33,594 nucleotides of DNA from Gammaproteobacteria bacterium (GTDB lineage: Bacteria > Pseudomonadota > Gammaproteobacteria > Steroidobacterales > Rariloculaceae). The stretch lies in assembly GCA_047516145.1 (NCBI GenBank), contig JAKZVH010000164.1:1-33594 (forward strand), written 5' to 3'. Below the pieces are notes generated by a model. It saw only the letters and a list, made by a program, of their open reading frames with translations, did not search any database and was not told where the DNA came from. The translations under genes were made by a program, and so were the position numbers. Positions 1-8,894 of the stretch are shown in pieces (within the stretch, counting starts at the first letter, position 1; each line of letters starts with the position of its first letter).

Positions 1-4
1 GCGC

Positions 5-141
5 CGCTGTGGCGGGGCGCACGGACCGAAAGACGCTGAAGGCATGGCTGACCCCATGTCGAAGCGGCTGTAGGGAGTACGCCCCGCCACAGCGAGCGGA
101 TCCGCGGCCGCAGCAGAACGTTGGTGAAATATCCGGGTTAG
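5..141. repeat. MITE/REP-like repeat copy A (right end; left end probably outside the window) with an internal 15-bp inverted repeat
   Basis: TTGGTGAAATATCCGGGTTAG at 121-141 matches the repeat ends at 1794, 8139, 13153, 18170 and 21438. Perfect IR CGCTGTGGCGGGGCG (5-19) / CGCCCCGCCACAGCG (80-94). Confidence 0.7.
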
Positions 142-158
142 TCCATGCCCCCCTGCGG

Positions 159-635
159 TTGATCCTTCTCGCGGTCATCGCGTGCTTCTGCGCAACTGCA
201 CTTGCATCGGAAAATGACTGGAGCACTGAGCCGATACCGGCGACGCAAGGGCGCTGGGAGCTGGTCGCCATCAACGTTCAGGCCAATCCGGCCTTGCTGA
301 TGAGCGAGCGCGTTCCCGAACTAAGCGCGGCGTTTGCAGCGGTCATCGAAGAACAGTCCTCCAACGCCGGCGGCGCCTGGCACAACTTCGGTTCCAACAC
401 GCTGACCGCGTCGTCGCCAACTGCGCCAACGAGCGGCGATCCCGCGTCCGCCGGCGACCAGGGAGAGGCGACGGGAACCGGCTTTTGCAGCACGACGAAG
501 TGCCGGGTGCTGGTAGGCGTGTCGGTCGCGGTCGCCGCGGCCGTGCTGATCGTCGCCCATGACGCGACCGACGCCATCGGCGACGGCCTGGTAGAAGCGC
601 TCATCGTTGCCCCTATCCGGCGGGACCGTCGCTGA
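159..635 (+). CDS. Hypothetical exported/membrane-anchored protein (start uncertain)
   Basis: Signal-peptide-like LRLILLAVIACFCATALA, an S/P/T/G-rich linker and a C-terminal hydrophobic helix VLVGVSVAVAAAVLIVA. The ORF part upstream of ~141 is repeat sequence. The start may be TTG159 or an out-of-frame ATG145 (see findings). Confidence 0.55.
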   Translation: MILLAVIACFCATALASENDWSTEPIPATQGRWELVAINVQANPALLMSERVPELSAAFAAVIEEQSSNAGGAWHNFGSNTLTASSPTAPTSGDPASAGDQGEATGTGFCSTTKCRVLVGVSVAVAAAVLIVAHDATDAIGDGLVEALIVAPIRRDRR

Positions 636-878
636 CAAGCGCACGGCCTTGCCGACCGAGACGCGGTCGCGCAAGTTTGCGCGCATTTCGGCGGTCATGC
701 CGCGACAGTCGGGCGCCGCTTTTGGACGTTGAGCGATCCGGACGGAAAACACCGTTGGCGGTGCTGCCCGTTGCGGAGCCGATCGATCGGCACGACGAGA
801 CCTTCCCGAGCACGCTTTACGTGGTGATTCGCGCCCACATGTCCCTGTCTCCCGCCGCAGGAATCGCTCACCTGCAGC

Positions 879-1715
879 CTAACCCATGGCCTCGGCGATC
901 AACTCCAGGAAATCCGCTTCGTCTGTCACTTGCTCGATAGCCCGCGCATCCACGGTGTAGCCGTAGCGATCCGCCAGCGCCTCATACTTGGGGCGCCGGT
1001 GCGCCACGTGCCGCGGGAAGATCCAGCGTACGAATTCGTCCGGGACGATTTCCGCAGGCGAATCCAGTCCGGTTTCCTCAAGGAACAGCTGTAACTGCTC
1101 GTCGAGAAACGTCTCCTGGTAGTACATGGGTTTCGGATCGCCGAGCGAGCGCTGGATCATGGTGGCTTCCATGGCCCGATCGGCGCTCAGGTAGACGATG
1201 ACGGTATTCCTGGCGAGCACTTCGAGCATCTGTGGATCGTCGAGTTCGCAGAGGCTTCCCCCGGCGTCGTTGATGAAGTGCTCGTATCCGTAGATTTCCT
1301 TCGCCTTGCCGATGAACTGTTCCACGTCGCACATGGCGCCGATCTCAGCCTGTGCATGCAGTCGTTGGCGCGCCTTGAACTCCTCCACGTCGAGCCCCCC
1401 CAGGTCCTCGCGGCCGATCTTGCCCAGGAAACTCGCCACCGGCGCCAGGTTATGAACGGTGACGTTGCTGGCGAAATAGATGGAGTCGCTGCGTAACAGA
1501 TCGCGTAGGAAATCGACCTGCATGGCCTGACGCTTGATGTTGTCGAGAATGGGTTCGGCAAGGTACTTGGTGCCGATCCGGTAGTCGCCTGAGTAGTGAA
1601 ACCACTTGGACTTGGGCAACTTGTAGGCGAGCGTGGTCTTGCCGACGCCCGACATGCCAAGGAGGGTGATCGCCTTGCGCGGCCACGCCATGAACTCCGC
1701 GGCGGTCATCTTCAT
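879..1715 (-). CDS. Uncharacterised P-loop ATPase/kinase-like protein
   Basis: Walker A GMSGVGKT, followed by FHYSGDYRIGTKYL and INDAGGSLCE. ATG1715 is preceded by a GGAG-like RBS. Confidence 0.85.
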   Translation of the reverse strand: MKMTAAEFMAWPRKAITLLGMSGVGKTTLAYKLPKSKWFHYSGDYRIGTKYLAEPILDNIKRQAMQVDFLRDLLRSDSIYFASNVTVHNLAPVASFLGKIGREDLGGLDVEEFKARQRLHAQAEIGAMCDVEQFIGKAKEIYGYEHFINDAGGSLCELDDPQMLEVLARNTVIVYLSADRAMEATMIQRSLGDPKPMYYQETFLDEQLQLFLEETGLDSPAEIVPDEFVRWIFPRHVAHRRPKYEALADRYGYTVDARAIEQVTDEADFLELIAEAMG

Positions 1716-1744
1716 GTTGCCGTCCACTCCACCGAAAAGGCCCG

Positions 1745-1750
1745 ATTATA
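1745..1750 (-). promoter_or_regulatory. Sigma70-type -10 element for the ATPase gene
   Basis: Perfect TATAAT on the minus strand, ~30 nt upstream of ATG1715, in a GC-rich context. No clear -35. Confidence 0.5.
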
Positions 1751-1775
1751 CGGTGTGGGCCACGGTGGGCGCGTT

Positions 1776-1813
1776 GGCGGCTGCGGCAGAAGATCGGTGA
1801 AATTTCCGGGCCG
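1776..1813. repeat. MITE/REP-like repeat copy B (single recognisable end)
   Basis: GCGGCTGCGGCAGAAGATCGGTGAAATTTCCGGGCC aligns with copy A GCGGCCGCAGCAGAACGTTGGTGAAATATCCGGGTT. Confidence 0.65.
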
Positions 1814-1869
1814 CGAGGCGCCGCGGGATCGGGAAGGTATTCCGACGCCGTTTCCCTTATTCTTGTGCC

Positions 1870-4800
1870 ATGGACCTGGAAGGCTTCCATCCGGCGGTAG
1901 CGAGTTGGTTTCGCCGCGAATTTCCTGCGGCTACGGAGGTCCAGCGCCGTGCCTGGCGCGCGATTCGAGACCGCAAACATACACTGATCAGCGCGCCCAC
2001 CGGATCGGGCAAGACGCTTGCCGCCTTTCTCGGCGTCATCGATTCGCTGGTCAAACATGCGCTCGCTCGAGGCTTGCCGGATGAAACGCGGATCCTCTAC
2101 GTTTCGCCGCTGAAGGCGCTTTCAAACGACATCAACAAGAACCTGCAGGCGCCGCTGGCGGGCATTCGAGATGGGCTGCTGGAATCGGGATGCCCCGACG
2201 TTGCCATCCGCGCCTGGGTGCGCACCGGGGATACGTCCCAGAGCGAGCGAGCGCGGATGCGCCGGCAGCCGCCCCATATCCTCGTCACCACGCCGGAGTC
2301 ACTGTACATCCTGCTGACGTCGGAATCCGGGCGTCGCATGCTCTCGACAGTGGAGACGGTCATCGTGGACGAGATCCACGCGCTCGCGGGCAACAAGCGC
2401 GGCGCCCACCTGGCGCTTTCCCTGGAACGGCTTGCGGCGCTCTGCCCACGGCCCCCGACGCGGGTGGGGATATCGGCAACGACCAAGCCCATGGACGCCA
2501 TGGTCGAATTCCTCATCGGTTCCGACCGGGCCCCTTGCCAGGTCATCGACCAGGGTCATGTCCGTAACTGGGATCTGCAACTGGAACTGCCGGCATCGCC
2601 GCTTGAAGCGATCATGGCCAACGAGGTGTGGACGGAAATCTACGATCGCCTGGCCGCTCTGGCCGCGGCGCACCGAACCACCATCGTCTTCGTCAATACC
2701 CGCCGGTTGGCCGAGCGCGTCGCGCGCCATCTGGCGGATCGGTGCGGCCAGGATGAAGTCACCTCCCATCACGGCAGCCTCTCCAGGGAGCACCGGTTGA
2801 AGGCCGAGGATCGGCTCAAGGCCGGCAAGCTCCGGGTCCTGGTCGCCACGGCGTCGCTTGAGCTGGGTATCGATATCGGCGACGTGGATCTCGTCTGCCA
2901 GCTCGGGTCGCCCCGTGCCATTGCCACGCTGCTGCAGCGGGTGGGCCGATCCGGGCATGGCGTGGAACGCCTCCCCAAGGGACGGCTGTGGCCGCTCTCC
3001 CGCGACGAACTGGTTGAATGTACGGCGCTCCTCGGGGCCGTCGCCCGGGGCGAACTGGATGCGATCGCGCTGTGCCGTAAACCCCTGGACGTGCTCAGTC
3101 AGCAGATCGTGGCCGAGGTGAGCATGCGGGAATGGGAGGTCGATGCGCTGTTCAGCCTCATCACCCGGAGCGCGCCGTTTCACGACCTTTCCCGCGACGT
3201 CTACCTGGACGTCCTGAACATGCTCGCCAACGGCTTCACCACGCGGCGGGGGCGACGCGGCGCCTACCTGCACCACGATCGGGTCAACGGCCGACTCCGT
3301 GCGCGGCGCGCGGCGCGGCTGACGGCGGTGACCAACGGTGGCACGATCCCGGATCAATTCCACCATGACGTGGTGTTGCTGCCCGGCGAAGTGTTCGTCG
3401 GCAGCCTGAACGAGGACTTCGCCTTCGAGAGCATGCCCGGGGACATCTTTCAGCTTGGCAACATGTCCTACCGGATTCTCAAGGTCCACTCCGGCAAGGT
3501 CTTTGTCGAGGACGCGCGCGGGCAACCGCCGACCATCCCATTCTGGTTCGGCGAGGCGCCGGGGCGAAGCGACGAGTTGTCCGCCGCGGTCTCGCGCTTG
3601 CGCCGGGACGTAGACGCTGCATTGCAGTGCAAGGAGCGCTGCGAAGTTGCCGGGGCGCTCGCGACGGAGCAGGCAATGCCGCCGTTCGCCGCCGAGCAGT
3701 TGTGCGACTATCTTGCAACGGCCCGCGCGGCCCTGGGTACGCTGCCCACGGCGGATCGGATCGTCATCGAACGCTTCTTCGACGAGGCCGGGGATACCCA
3801 TATCGTCGTGCATTCGCCCTATGGCTCGAGGCTCAACCGCGCCTGGGGCCTGGCGCTGAGAAAACGGTTCTGCCGGCGTTTCAATTTCGAGCTTCAGGCT
3901 GCGGCGCTGGAAGACGCCATCGTCATCTCGCTGGGTGTGGTACACAGCTTTCCGCTGGATGAGGTGTCGCGCTACCTGACACAGGCCACGGTGGAGGATG
4001 TGCTCACTCAGGCCGTGCTCACGGCACCCGTCTTTCCCGGGCGCTGGCGCTGGAATGCAAGCGTTGCTCTCGCGGTGCAGCGCTTCCGCAGCGGCAAGCG
4101 TGCGCCGGCGTACTTCCAGCGGGCCGACGCGGAGGATCTGCTGGCTACGGTATTCCCGGATCAACTCGCCTGCGCCGAAAACCTGGAGGGCGAGCGTGAG
4201 ATTCCCGACCACCCGCTGGTCGCGCAAACCCTTGAGGACTGTCTGCGCGGCGTGATGGACGTGGACGGGCTCGCAGCGCTGCTGGGCCGAATCGAGTCCG
4301 GTCAGGTCGAGGTGGTATGCCGCGAACTGACGAGTCCATCGCCGCTGGCCCAGGAAGTCCTGAGTGCCAGAGCCTATGCCTTTCTGGACGATGCACCGGC
4401 AGAGGAGCGGCGCACGCTGGCGATACAGTCGCGCCGCTACATGACGGTGGAACAGGCGTCGGACCTGGGCCGGCTCGATCCCGAGGCGATCCGGCGCGTG
4501 CGCTCGGAAGCCTGGCCCCACGCCCGGGACGAGGACGAATTGCACGATGCGCTGGTGCTGCTGGGGTTCATCGCTCCGGCGGAGGCACCCGAGGTGTGGC
4601 ATGGGATGTTCGATCGGCTGGTCGTCGACGGGCGGGCGGGCACGTTCGCGACGCCGTGCGAACACTCGGTCTGGGTCAGCGCGGAGCGTCTGGCGGAGCT
4701 GCGCCTGGCGGTGGCGGGCGGGCACGTGGAGCCTCGGCTGGAAGCGTTGGAGAGCGACATCGAGACGCCCGAGGATGCGTTGCGCGAACTCGTCCGCAGC

Positions 4801-6249
4801 CGATTGGAATGTCTCGGGCCAGTCACCGCCGAGGAGTTGGGTCGGCCGCTGGGCTTGGGCGCCGGTCCGATGCAAGGCGCGCTGGCGGCGCTCGAGGCGG
4901 AGGGATTCGCCATGCGCGGCCGCTTCAGTCAATGCGCCGGCGGAACCCCATCCGATCCGGCCGGAGCGCAAGAGGAATGGTGCGACCGGCGGCTCCTCGC
5001 CCGGATACACCGCTACACCCTCAAGCGACTGCGCAGCGAAATCGAACCCGTCTCCATCGCAGCGTATCAGCGGTTCCTGTTCCGCTGGCAGGGACTGGGC
5101 GGCGAGCGTCGGCGCGGCGCCGAGGCCCTGGGCGCGATCGTGGACGATTTGCAGGGCCTGGCTTTGCCGGCCGCCGCGTGGGAACGGGAGATTCTTCCGG
5201 CCCGACTGGCCGACTACAGTACTTTGCTCATGGACGAGCTTGCCGTATCCGGGCGCATTGCCTGGTATCGGCCAAACCCGTGCCGGACTCGCATGCAACC
5301 GGGCGGGAACGACGTGCCGCGCGGGCGTGGGACGGTGTCGAACTCGCCCATCGTCATTTCGCCCCGTGAGGCGTTGGCCTGCTGGAGGCGGTTGGCGGTA
5401 ACCGCCGGCGCCGCGACCGCGGAACATCCGCTATCGACCGCCGCGGCACGGATCCGCACGCTCCTGAGCGATCGCGGGGCGCTGTTCTTCCAGGAGCTGG
5501 TTCAGGCCAGCGGTCTGTTGCGGGTGCAGACCGAGGAGGCATTGGCGGAACTGGTCGCTGCCGGCCTGGTGACATCGGACGTCTTCCAGGGCTTGCGCGT
5601 ATTGATCACGGCGCCGAGCCGGCGCCGGGGATTTCACGGCCGCCGCCGCCGCCGCGGGCCAAGCTTCGATGCCGCCGGCCGCTGGGCGCTGCTGGAGAGC
5701 GCCCCGTTGGAAGTCTCCGCGGACGCTCGCCGCGAGGCCCATGAGCATGCCGCGCGATCCATACTGCGCCGCTACGGAGTGGTGTGCCGCAGCGTCCTGG
5801 ACCGGGAGACGCAACTTCCGGGCTGGCGCGATCTGTTGGGAATTTTCAGAAAATGGGAGGCCCGCGGCGAGATCCGCGGCGGCCGCTTCGTGGCGGCGCC
5901 CGGCGGCGAACAGTTCGCCCTCTCAGGCGCCGTGGAGATGCTCCGCCGCTGCAGGCGCGCTCCGCAGGCCGATGAGTGGGTGGTGCTGTCGGCTGCCGAT
6001 CCGCTCAATCTGGCCGGCATACTCACCCCGGGCGGGCGAGTCGCGGCCGTCCATACGCACCGACTGCTGTACCGGGGCGGCGTGCCCGTGGCCACCTTGA
6101 CCGCGGCCGGCCTGCAATGGCTGGAACCGCTGGATGGAGCCGACAGCCGCCGTGCGGAGGCTCTCCTGCGAGAGCGCCCGGCGACGCAGCATTCGTTACG
6201 CCGCGGATCGACGGCCTCGCGAAGAGCGCTGTTGAACCGCGGCCGCTGA
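1870..6249 (+). CDS. lhr: Large Lhr-family ATP-dependent DEAD/DEAH-box helicase
   Basis: 1459 aa with motifs APTGSGKT, YVSPLKALSND, DEIH, SAT, ATASLELGID and QRVGRSGH. Lhr-type C-terminal region includes IPFWFGE and GEIRGGRFV. Confidence 0.93.
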   Translation: MDLEGFHPAVASWFRREFPAATEVQRRAWRAIRDRKHTLISAPTGSGKTLAAFLGVIDSLVKHALARGLPDETRILYVSPLKALSNDINKNLQAPLAGIRDGLLESGCPDVAIRAWVRTGDTSQSERARMRRQPPHILVTTPESLYILLTSESGRRMLSTVETVIVDEIHALAGNKRGAHLALSLERLAALCPRPPTRVGISATTKPMDAMVEFLIGSDRAPCQVIDQGHVRNWDLQLELPASPLEAIMANEVWTEIYDRLAALAAAHRTTIVFVNTRRLAERVARHLADRCGQDEVTSHHGSLSREHRLKAEDRLKAGKLRVLVATASLELGIDIGDVDLVCQLGSPRAIATLLQRVGRSGHGVERLPKGRLWPLSRDELVECTALLGAVARGELDAIALCRKPLDVLSQQIVAEVSMREWEVDALFSLITRSAPFHDLSRDVYLDVLNMLANGFTTRRGRRGAYLHHDRVNGRLRARRAARLTAVTNGGTIPDQFHHDVVLLPGEVFVGSLNEDFAFESMPGDIFQLGNMSYRILKVHSGKVFVEDARGQPPTIPFWFGEAPGRSDELSAAVSRLRRDVDAALQCKERCEVAGALATEQAMPPFAAEQLCDYLATARAALGTLPTADRIVIERFFDEAGDTHIVVHSPYGSRLNRAWGLALRKRFCRRFNFELQAAALEDAIVISLGVVHSFPLDEVSRYLTQATVEDVLTQAVLTAPVFPGRWRWNASVALAVQRFRSGKRAPAYFQRADAEDLLATVFPDQLACAENLEGEREIPDHPLVAQTLEDCLRGVMDVDGLAALLGRIESGQVEVVCRELTSPSPLAQEVLSARAYAFLDDAPAEERRTLAIQSRRYMTVEQASDLGRLDPEAIRRVRSEAWPHARDEDELHDALVLLGFIAPAEAPEVWHGMFDRLVVDGRAGTFATPCEHSVWVSAERLAELRLAVAGGHVEPRLEALESDIETPEDALRELVRSRLECLGPVTAEELGRPLGLGAGPMQGALAALEAEGFAMRGRFSQCAGGTPSDPAGAQEEWCDRRLLARIHRYTLKRLRSEIEPVSIAAYQRFLFRWQGLGGERRRGAEALGAIVDDLQGLALPAAAWEREILPARLADYSTLLMDELAVSGRIAWYRPNPCRTRMQPGGNDVPRGRGTVSNSPIVISPREALACWRRLAVTAGAATAEHPLSTAAARIRTLLSDRGALFFQELVQASGLLRVQTEEALAELVAAGLVTSDVFQGLRVLITAPSRRRGFHGRRRRRGPSFDAAGRWALLESAPLEVSADARREAHEHAARSILRRYGVVCRSVLDRETQLPGWRDLLGIFRKWEARGEIRGGRFVAAPGGEQFALSGAVEMLRRCRRAPQADEWVVLSAADPLNLAGILTPGGRVAAVHTHRLLYRGGVPVATLTAAGLQWLEPLDGADSRRAEALLRERPATQHSLRRGSTASRRALLNRGR

Positions 6250-6279
6250 ATCGAACGGACTACCTCACCGGAGATTGAC

Positions 6280-8064
6280 ATGTTGAACCGTGTTTCCGTG
6301 TTCTTTTGTACACTTGGTGCGGTCCTGCTGTTCGGTTGCACGCCGGTGGCTGTCGAGGAGGAAGCGACTGCCGCCGATCGGCTGCATCGGTTGTTTGCGG
6401 ATGAATGGAGTCTCCGCTCGCAACGGGATCCCCTGCTTGCAAGCAGTTCCGGGATAACCGACTACAACGATCGCCTGCCGGATATGACGGCTGACGCTCA
6501 ACAGCGCGCCCTGGATGAAGACCTGCAATTCATGGAACGGCTCGCGGCGATCGACAGCGCGGCTCTATCGGAGGACGATCGGACAAACTACGCTCTGTTT
6601 GAGTTCGTCCTGGGCCATCGAACAACCCTGGCGAAGTATCGCCAGTACCGAATTCCGATCTCGAGCGATTCCGGCTTTCACATCCGGATTCAACGCATGC
6701 ACGAGGCGATGCCCTTCCAGACAATCGAAGACTATGAGCGATACCTGTCGCGACTGCGCGCGATCGGGCCATTCTTCGCCCAGAATATCGACAACATGCG
6801 TGCTGGCCTTGCAGACGGTTTTACGCAGCCGAGAGCCATTCTGGACGGGGTCGTGTCGTCGATATCCGGCGCCATCGTCGACAGTCCCCAGGACAGCATA
6901 TTCTTCGCTCCCTTGCGCAGCATTCCCGAGTACTTGAGTACCGACGACGCCGAGCGGCTGCGGTCGGAGGCCAACGCTGCCATCGCCGAAACGGTCGTCC
7001 CGGCGTATCGGGAGTTCCTGCAATTCTTCACCGGGGAATACATGAGCGGCGCCCGCGAGTCACTGGGCGCATCGTCCCTGGAAGATGGCAGGGCATACTA
7101 CGAAGACCTGACCCGGTATTTCACCTCGCTCGATGACGCGAAGCCGGATGAACTTCATGAACTCGGGCTGCGGGAAGTCGCCAGGATCCGGGGGGAAATG
7201 GACGAGATCATCGAACAGGTGGAATTCGACGGCACCTTTGCCGAATTCATCGACTATCTGCGGACCGATTCGCAATTCTACGTCGATGACCCCGGGCAAT
7301 TGCTCAAGGAAGCTTCCTATATCGCGAAAAAAGTGGACGGCCGGATGCCGGCATTCTTCAGGACCCTGCCGCGTATGCCCTACGGCGTGATGGCCGTGCC
7401 GGACGATATCGCGCCGAACTACACCACGGGCCGTTACTGGCAAGCGCCGGTCGGTGGCCGCCGCGGCGGTTATTACCTGGTCAACACCTACGCCCTCGAC
7501 AAGCGGCCGCTCTACGAGCTGGCAGCACTGACCGTTCACGAAGGCGTGCCGGGGCACCATCATCAGATCGCGCTGCGGCAGGAGATGACCCAATTGCCCG
7601 AATTTCGGCGGGCGTTATCCTTGCATGCCTTCGTGGAGGGTTGGGGACTCTACTGCGAGAAGCTCGGCATCGAAATGGATATCTACGCTACTCCCTACGA
7701 TCACTTCGGACGCCTGAGCTACGAGATGTGGCGTGCCGTGCGCCTGGTCGTGGATACCGGCATTCACTACAAGGGTTGGACACGGGACGGTGCACAGCAG
7801 TATCTGGCCGAAAACTCGGCGTTGTCGCTGCAAAACGTTCGTACGGAGATCGACCGCTACATCTCATGGCCCGGTCAGGCGCTCGCCTACAAGATGGGGG
7901 AAATGAAATTTCTGGAACTCAGGGCACGCGCCGCGGACGAGTTGGGTGAAGAGTTCGATATCAGGGATTTTCACGACGTCATCCTGATGACCGGTGGCGT
8001 GCCGCTGGACATGCTCGATCGGGAAATAGACCGATTCATCGAATCGGTCCGGACCGTCCAATGA
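6280..8064 (+). CDS. DUF885-family lipoprotein (putative Zn metallopeptidase)
   Basis: Lipobox LFGC at residue ~20. Motifs HEGVPGHH, FVEGWGLY, WRAVRLVVDTGIH and EIDRYISWPGQALAYKMG. Confidence 0.9.
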   Translation: MLNRVSVFFCTLGAVLLFGCTPVAVEEEATAADRLHRLFADEWSLRSQRDPLLASSSGITDYNDRLPDMTADAQQRALDEDLQFMERLAAIDSAALSEDDRTNYALFEFVLGHRTTLAKYRQYRIPISSDSGFHIRIQRMHEAMPFQTIEDYERYLSRLRAIGPFFAQNIDNMRAGLADGFTQPRAILDGVVSSISGAIVDSPQDSIFFAPLRSIPEYLSTDDAERLRSEANAAIAETVVPAYREFLQFFTGEYMSGARESLGASSLEDGRAYYEDLTRYFTSLDDAKPDELHELGLREVARIRGEMDEIIEQVEFDGTFAEFIDYLRTDSQFYVDDPGQLLKEASYIAKKVDGRMPAFFRTLPRMPYGVMAVPDDIAPNYTTGRYWQAPVGGRRGGYYLVNTYALDKRPLYELAALTVHEGVPGHHHQIALRQEMTQLPEFRRALSLHAFVEGWGLYCEKLGIEMDIYATPYDHFGRLSYEMWRAVRLVVDTGIHYKGWTRDGAQQYLAENSALSLQNVRTEIDRYISWPGQALAYKMGEMKFLELRARAADELGEEFDIRDFHDVILMTGGVPLDMLDREIDRFIESVRTVQ

Positions 8065-8077
8065 CCACGCGCAAAGC

Positions 8078-8157
8078 GATCGGACCCTCACCGTGAGCAC
8101 CGGCGCCGCGGCGCCTCGACGCCCTCGCTACGGACATGGGTGAGATATGCGGACCAG
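8078..8157. repeat. MITE/REP-like repeat copy C, overlapping the start codon of the next gene
   Basis: Right end GGTGAGATATGCGGACCAG (8139-8157). Degenerate left end CGGACCCTCACCG (8081-8093). Internal GGCGCCTCGACG is shared with the copy at 18104-18190. Confidence 0.6.
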
Positions 8158-8875
8158 GCGCATCGCCATGTGGTCGGGCCCGCGCACCGTTTCCACGGCG
8201 ATGATGCGCAGTTGGGAGAACAGGCCCGATTGCACGGTTGTCGACGAACCCTTTTACGCCTGCTACCTGAACGAGACGGGCCTGCCGCATCCTGCTCGGG
8301 AAGCCGTGTTGGCTTCCCAATGCACCGACCGCGCGGAGGTGATCCGCCAACTGACGGAGCGGCCGGTGGCAACCCCGCTTTTCTACCAGAAACACATGAC
8401 CAAGCACATTCCACCGGACATGGATATGCGGTGGTGCGTCGGTTTGCGGCATGTTTTCCTCATTCGCGATCCCGCGGAGGTCATCGTCTCCTACTTGAGG
8501 AAAATGTCCTCGGTGGATGAGCACGATATCGGTATCGCCCGGCAGGCCGGGTTGTTCCGGGAGATTTCCGCGGTCACCGGCGAAACCCCTTGCGTGATCG
8601 ACTCCGCCGATGTGTTGCGGAATCCGGATGCCGTGTTGGCCGGGTTATGCGAGTCGTTGGACATTGCATACCTGCCGCAGCCGATGCTCTCCTGGCCGTC
8701 CGGTCCGCGCGAGTCCGACGGCGTTTGGGCGCCTCATTGGTACCGGAACGTTGAGAATTCCACTGGCTTCAACAGCAAGCAGCGTTCAGCGCCGGAGCTG
8801 CCCGAACAATTTCTGAAGCTCAACGCGGATGCGCGGGAACACTATGCGTGGTTGAGAACATATCGGCTGGGTTAA
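8147..8875 (+). CDS. Sulfotransferase-like P-loop protein (family often associated with branched-chain aminotransferases)
   Basis: Motifs IAMWSGPRTVSTAMMRSW, DEPFY, YQKHM, FLIRDP and DGVWAPHWY. Confidence 0.85.
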   Translation: MRTRRIAMWSGPRTVSTAMMRSWENRPDCTVVDEPFYACYLNETGLPHPAREAVLASQCTDRAEVIRQLTERPVATPLFYQKHMTKHIPPDMDMRWCVGLRHVFLIRDPAEVIVSYLRKMSSVDEHDIGIARQAGLFREISAVTGETPCVIDSADVLRNPDAVLAGLCESLDIAYLPQPMLSWPSGPRESDGVWAPHWYRNVENSTGFNSKQRSAPELPEQFLKLNADAREHYAWLRTYRLG

Positions 8876-8894
8876 GTTGGAACCGCCCCATTGC

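Noticed and set aside
636-878. Small ORFs or an ncRNA between the convergent orphan gene and the ATPase
   Set aside because: No RBS, protein motif or recognisable RNA structure.
2299-5427. 1042-aa minus-strand ORF, and other long antisense ORFs such as 18797-20539, 31532-33076 and 25811-27046
   Set aside because: These are shadow frames of real genes in GC-rich DNA and carry no recognisable motifs.
1870-6249. Lhr as part of an anti-phage defence system
   Set aside because: It looks like the standard large Lhr repair helicase, with no adjacent nuclease, methylase or other defence genes.
6250-6279. Further degenerate repeat ends (CGGACTACCTCACCG here; AAACCGGATATC near 10914)
   Set aside because: Too short and divergent to separate from chance by eye.
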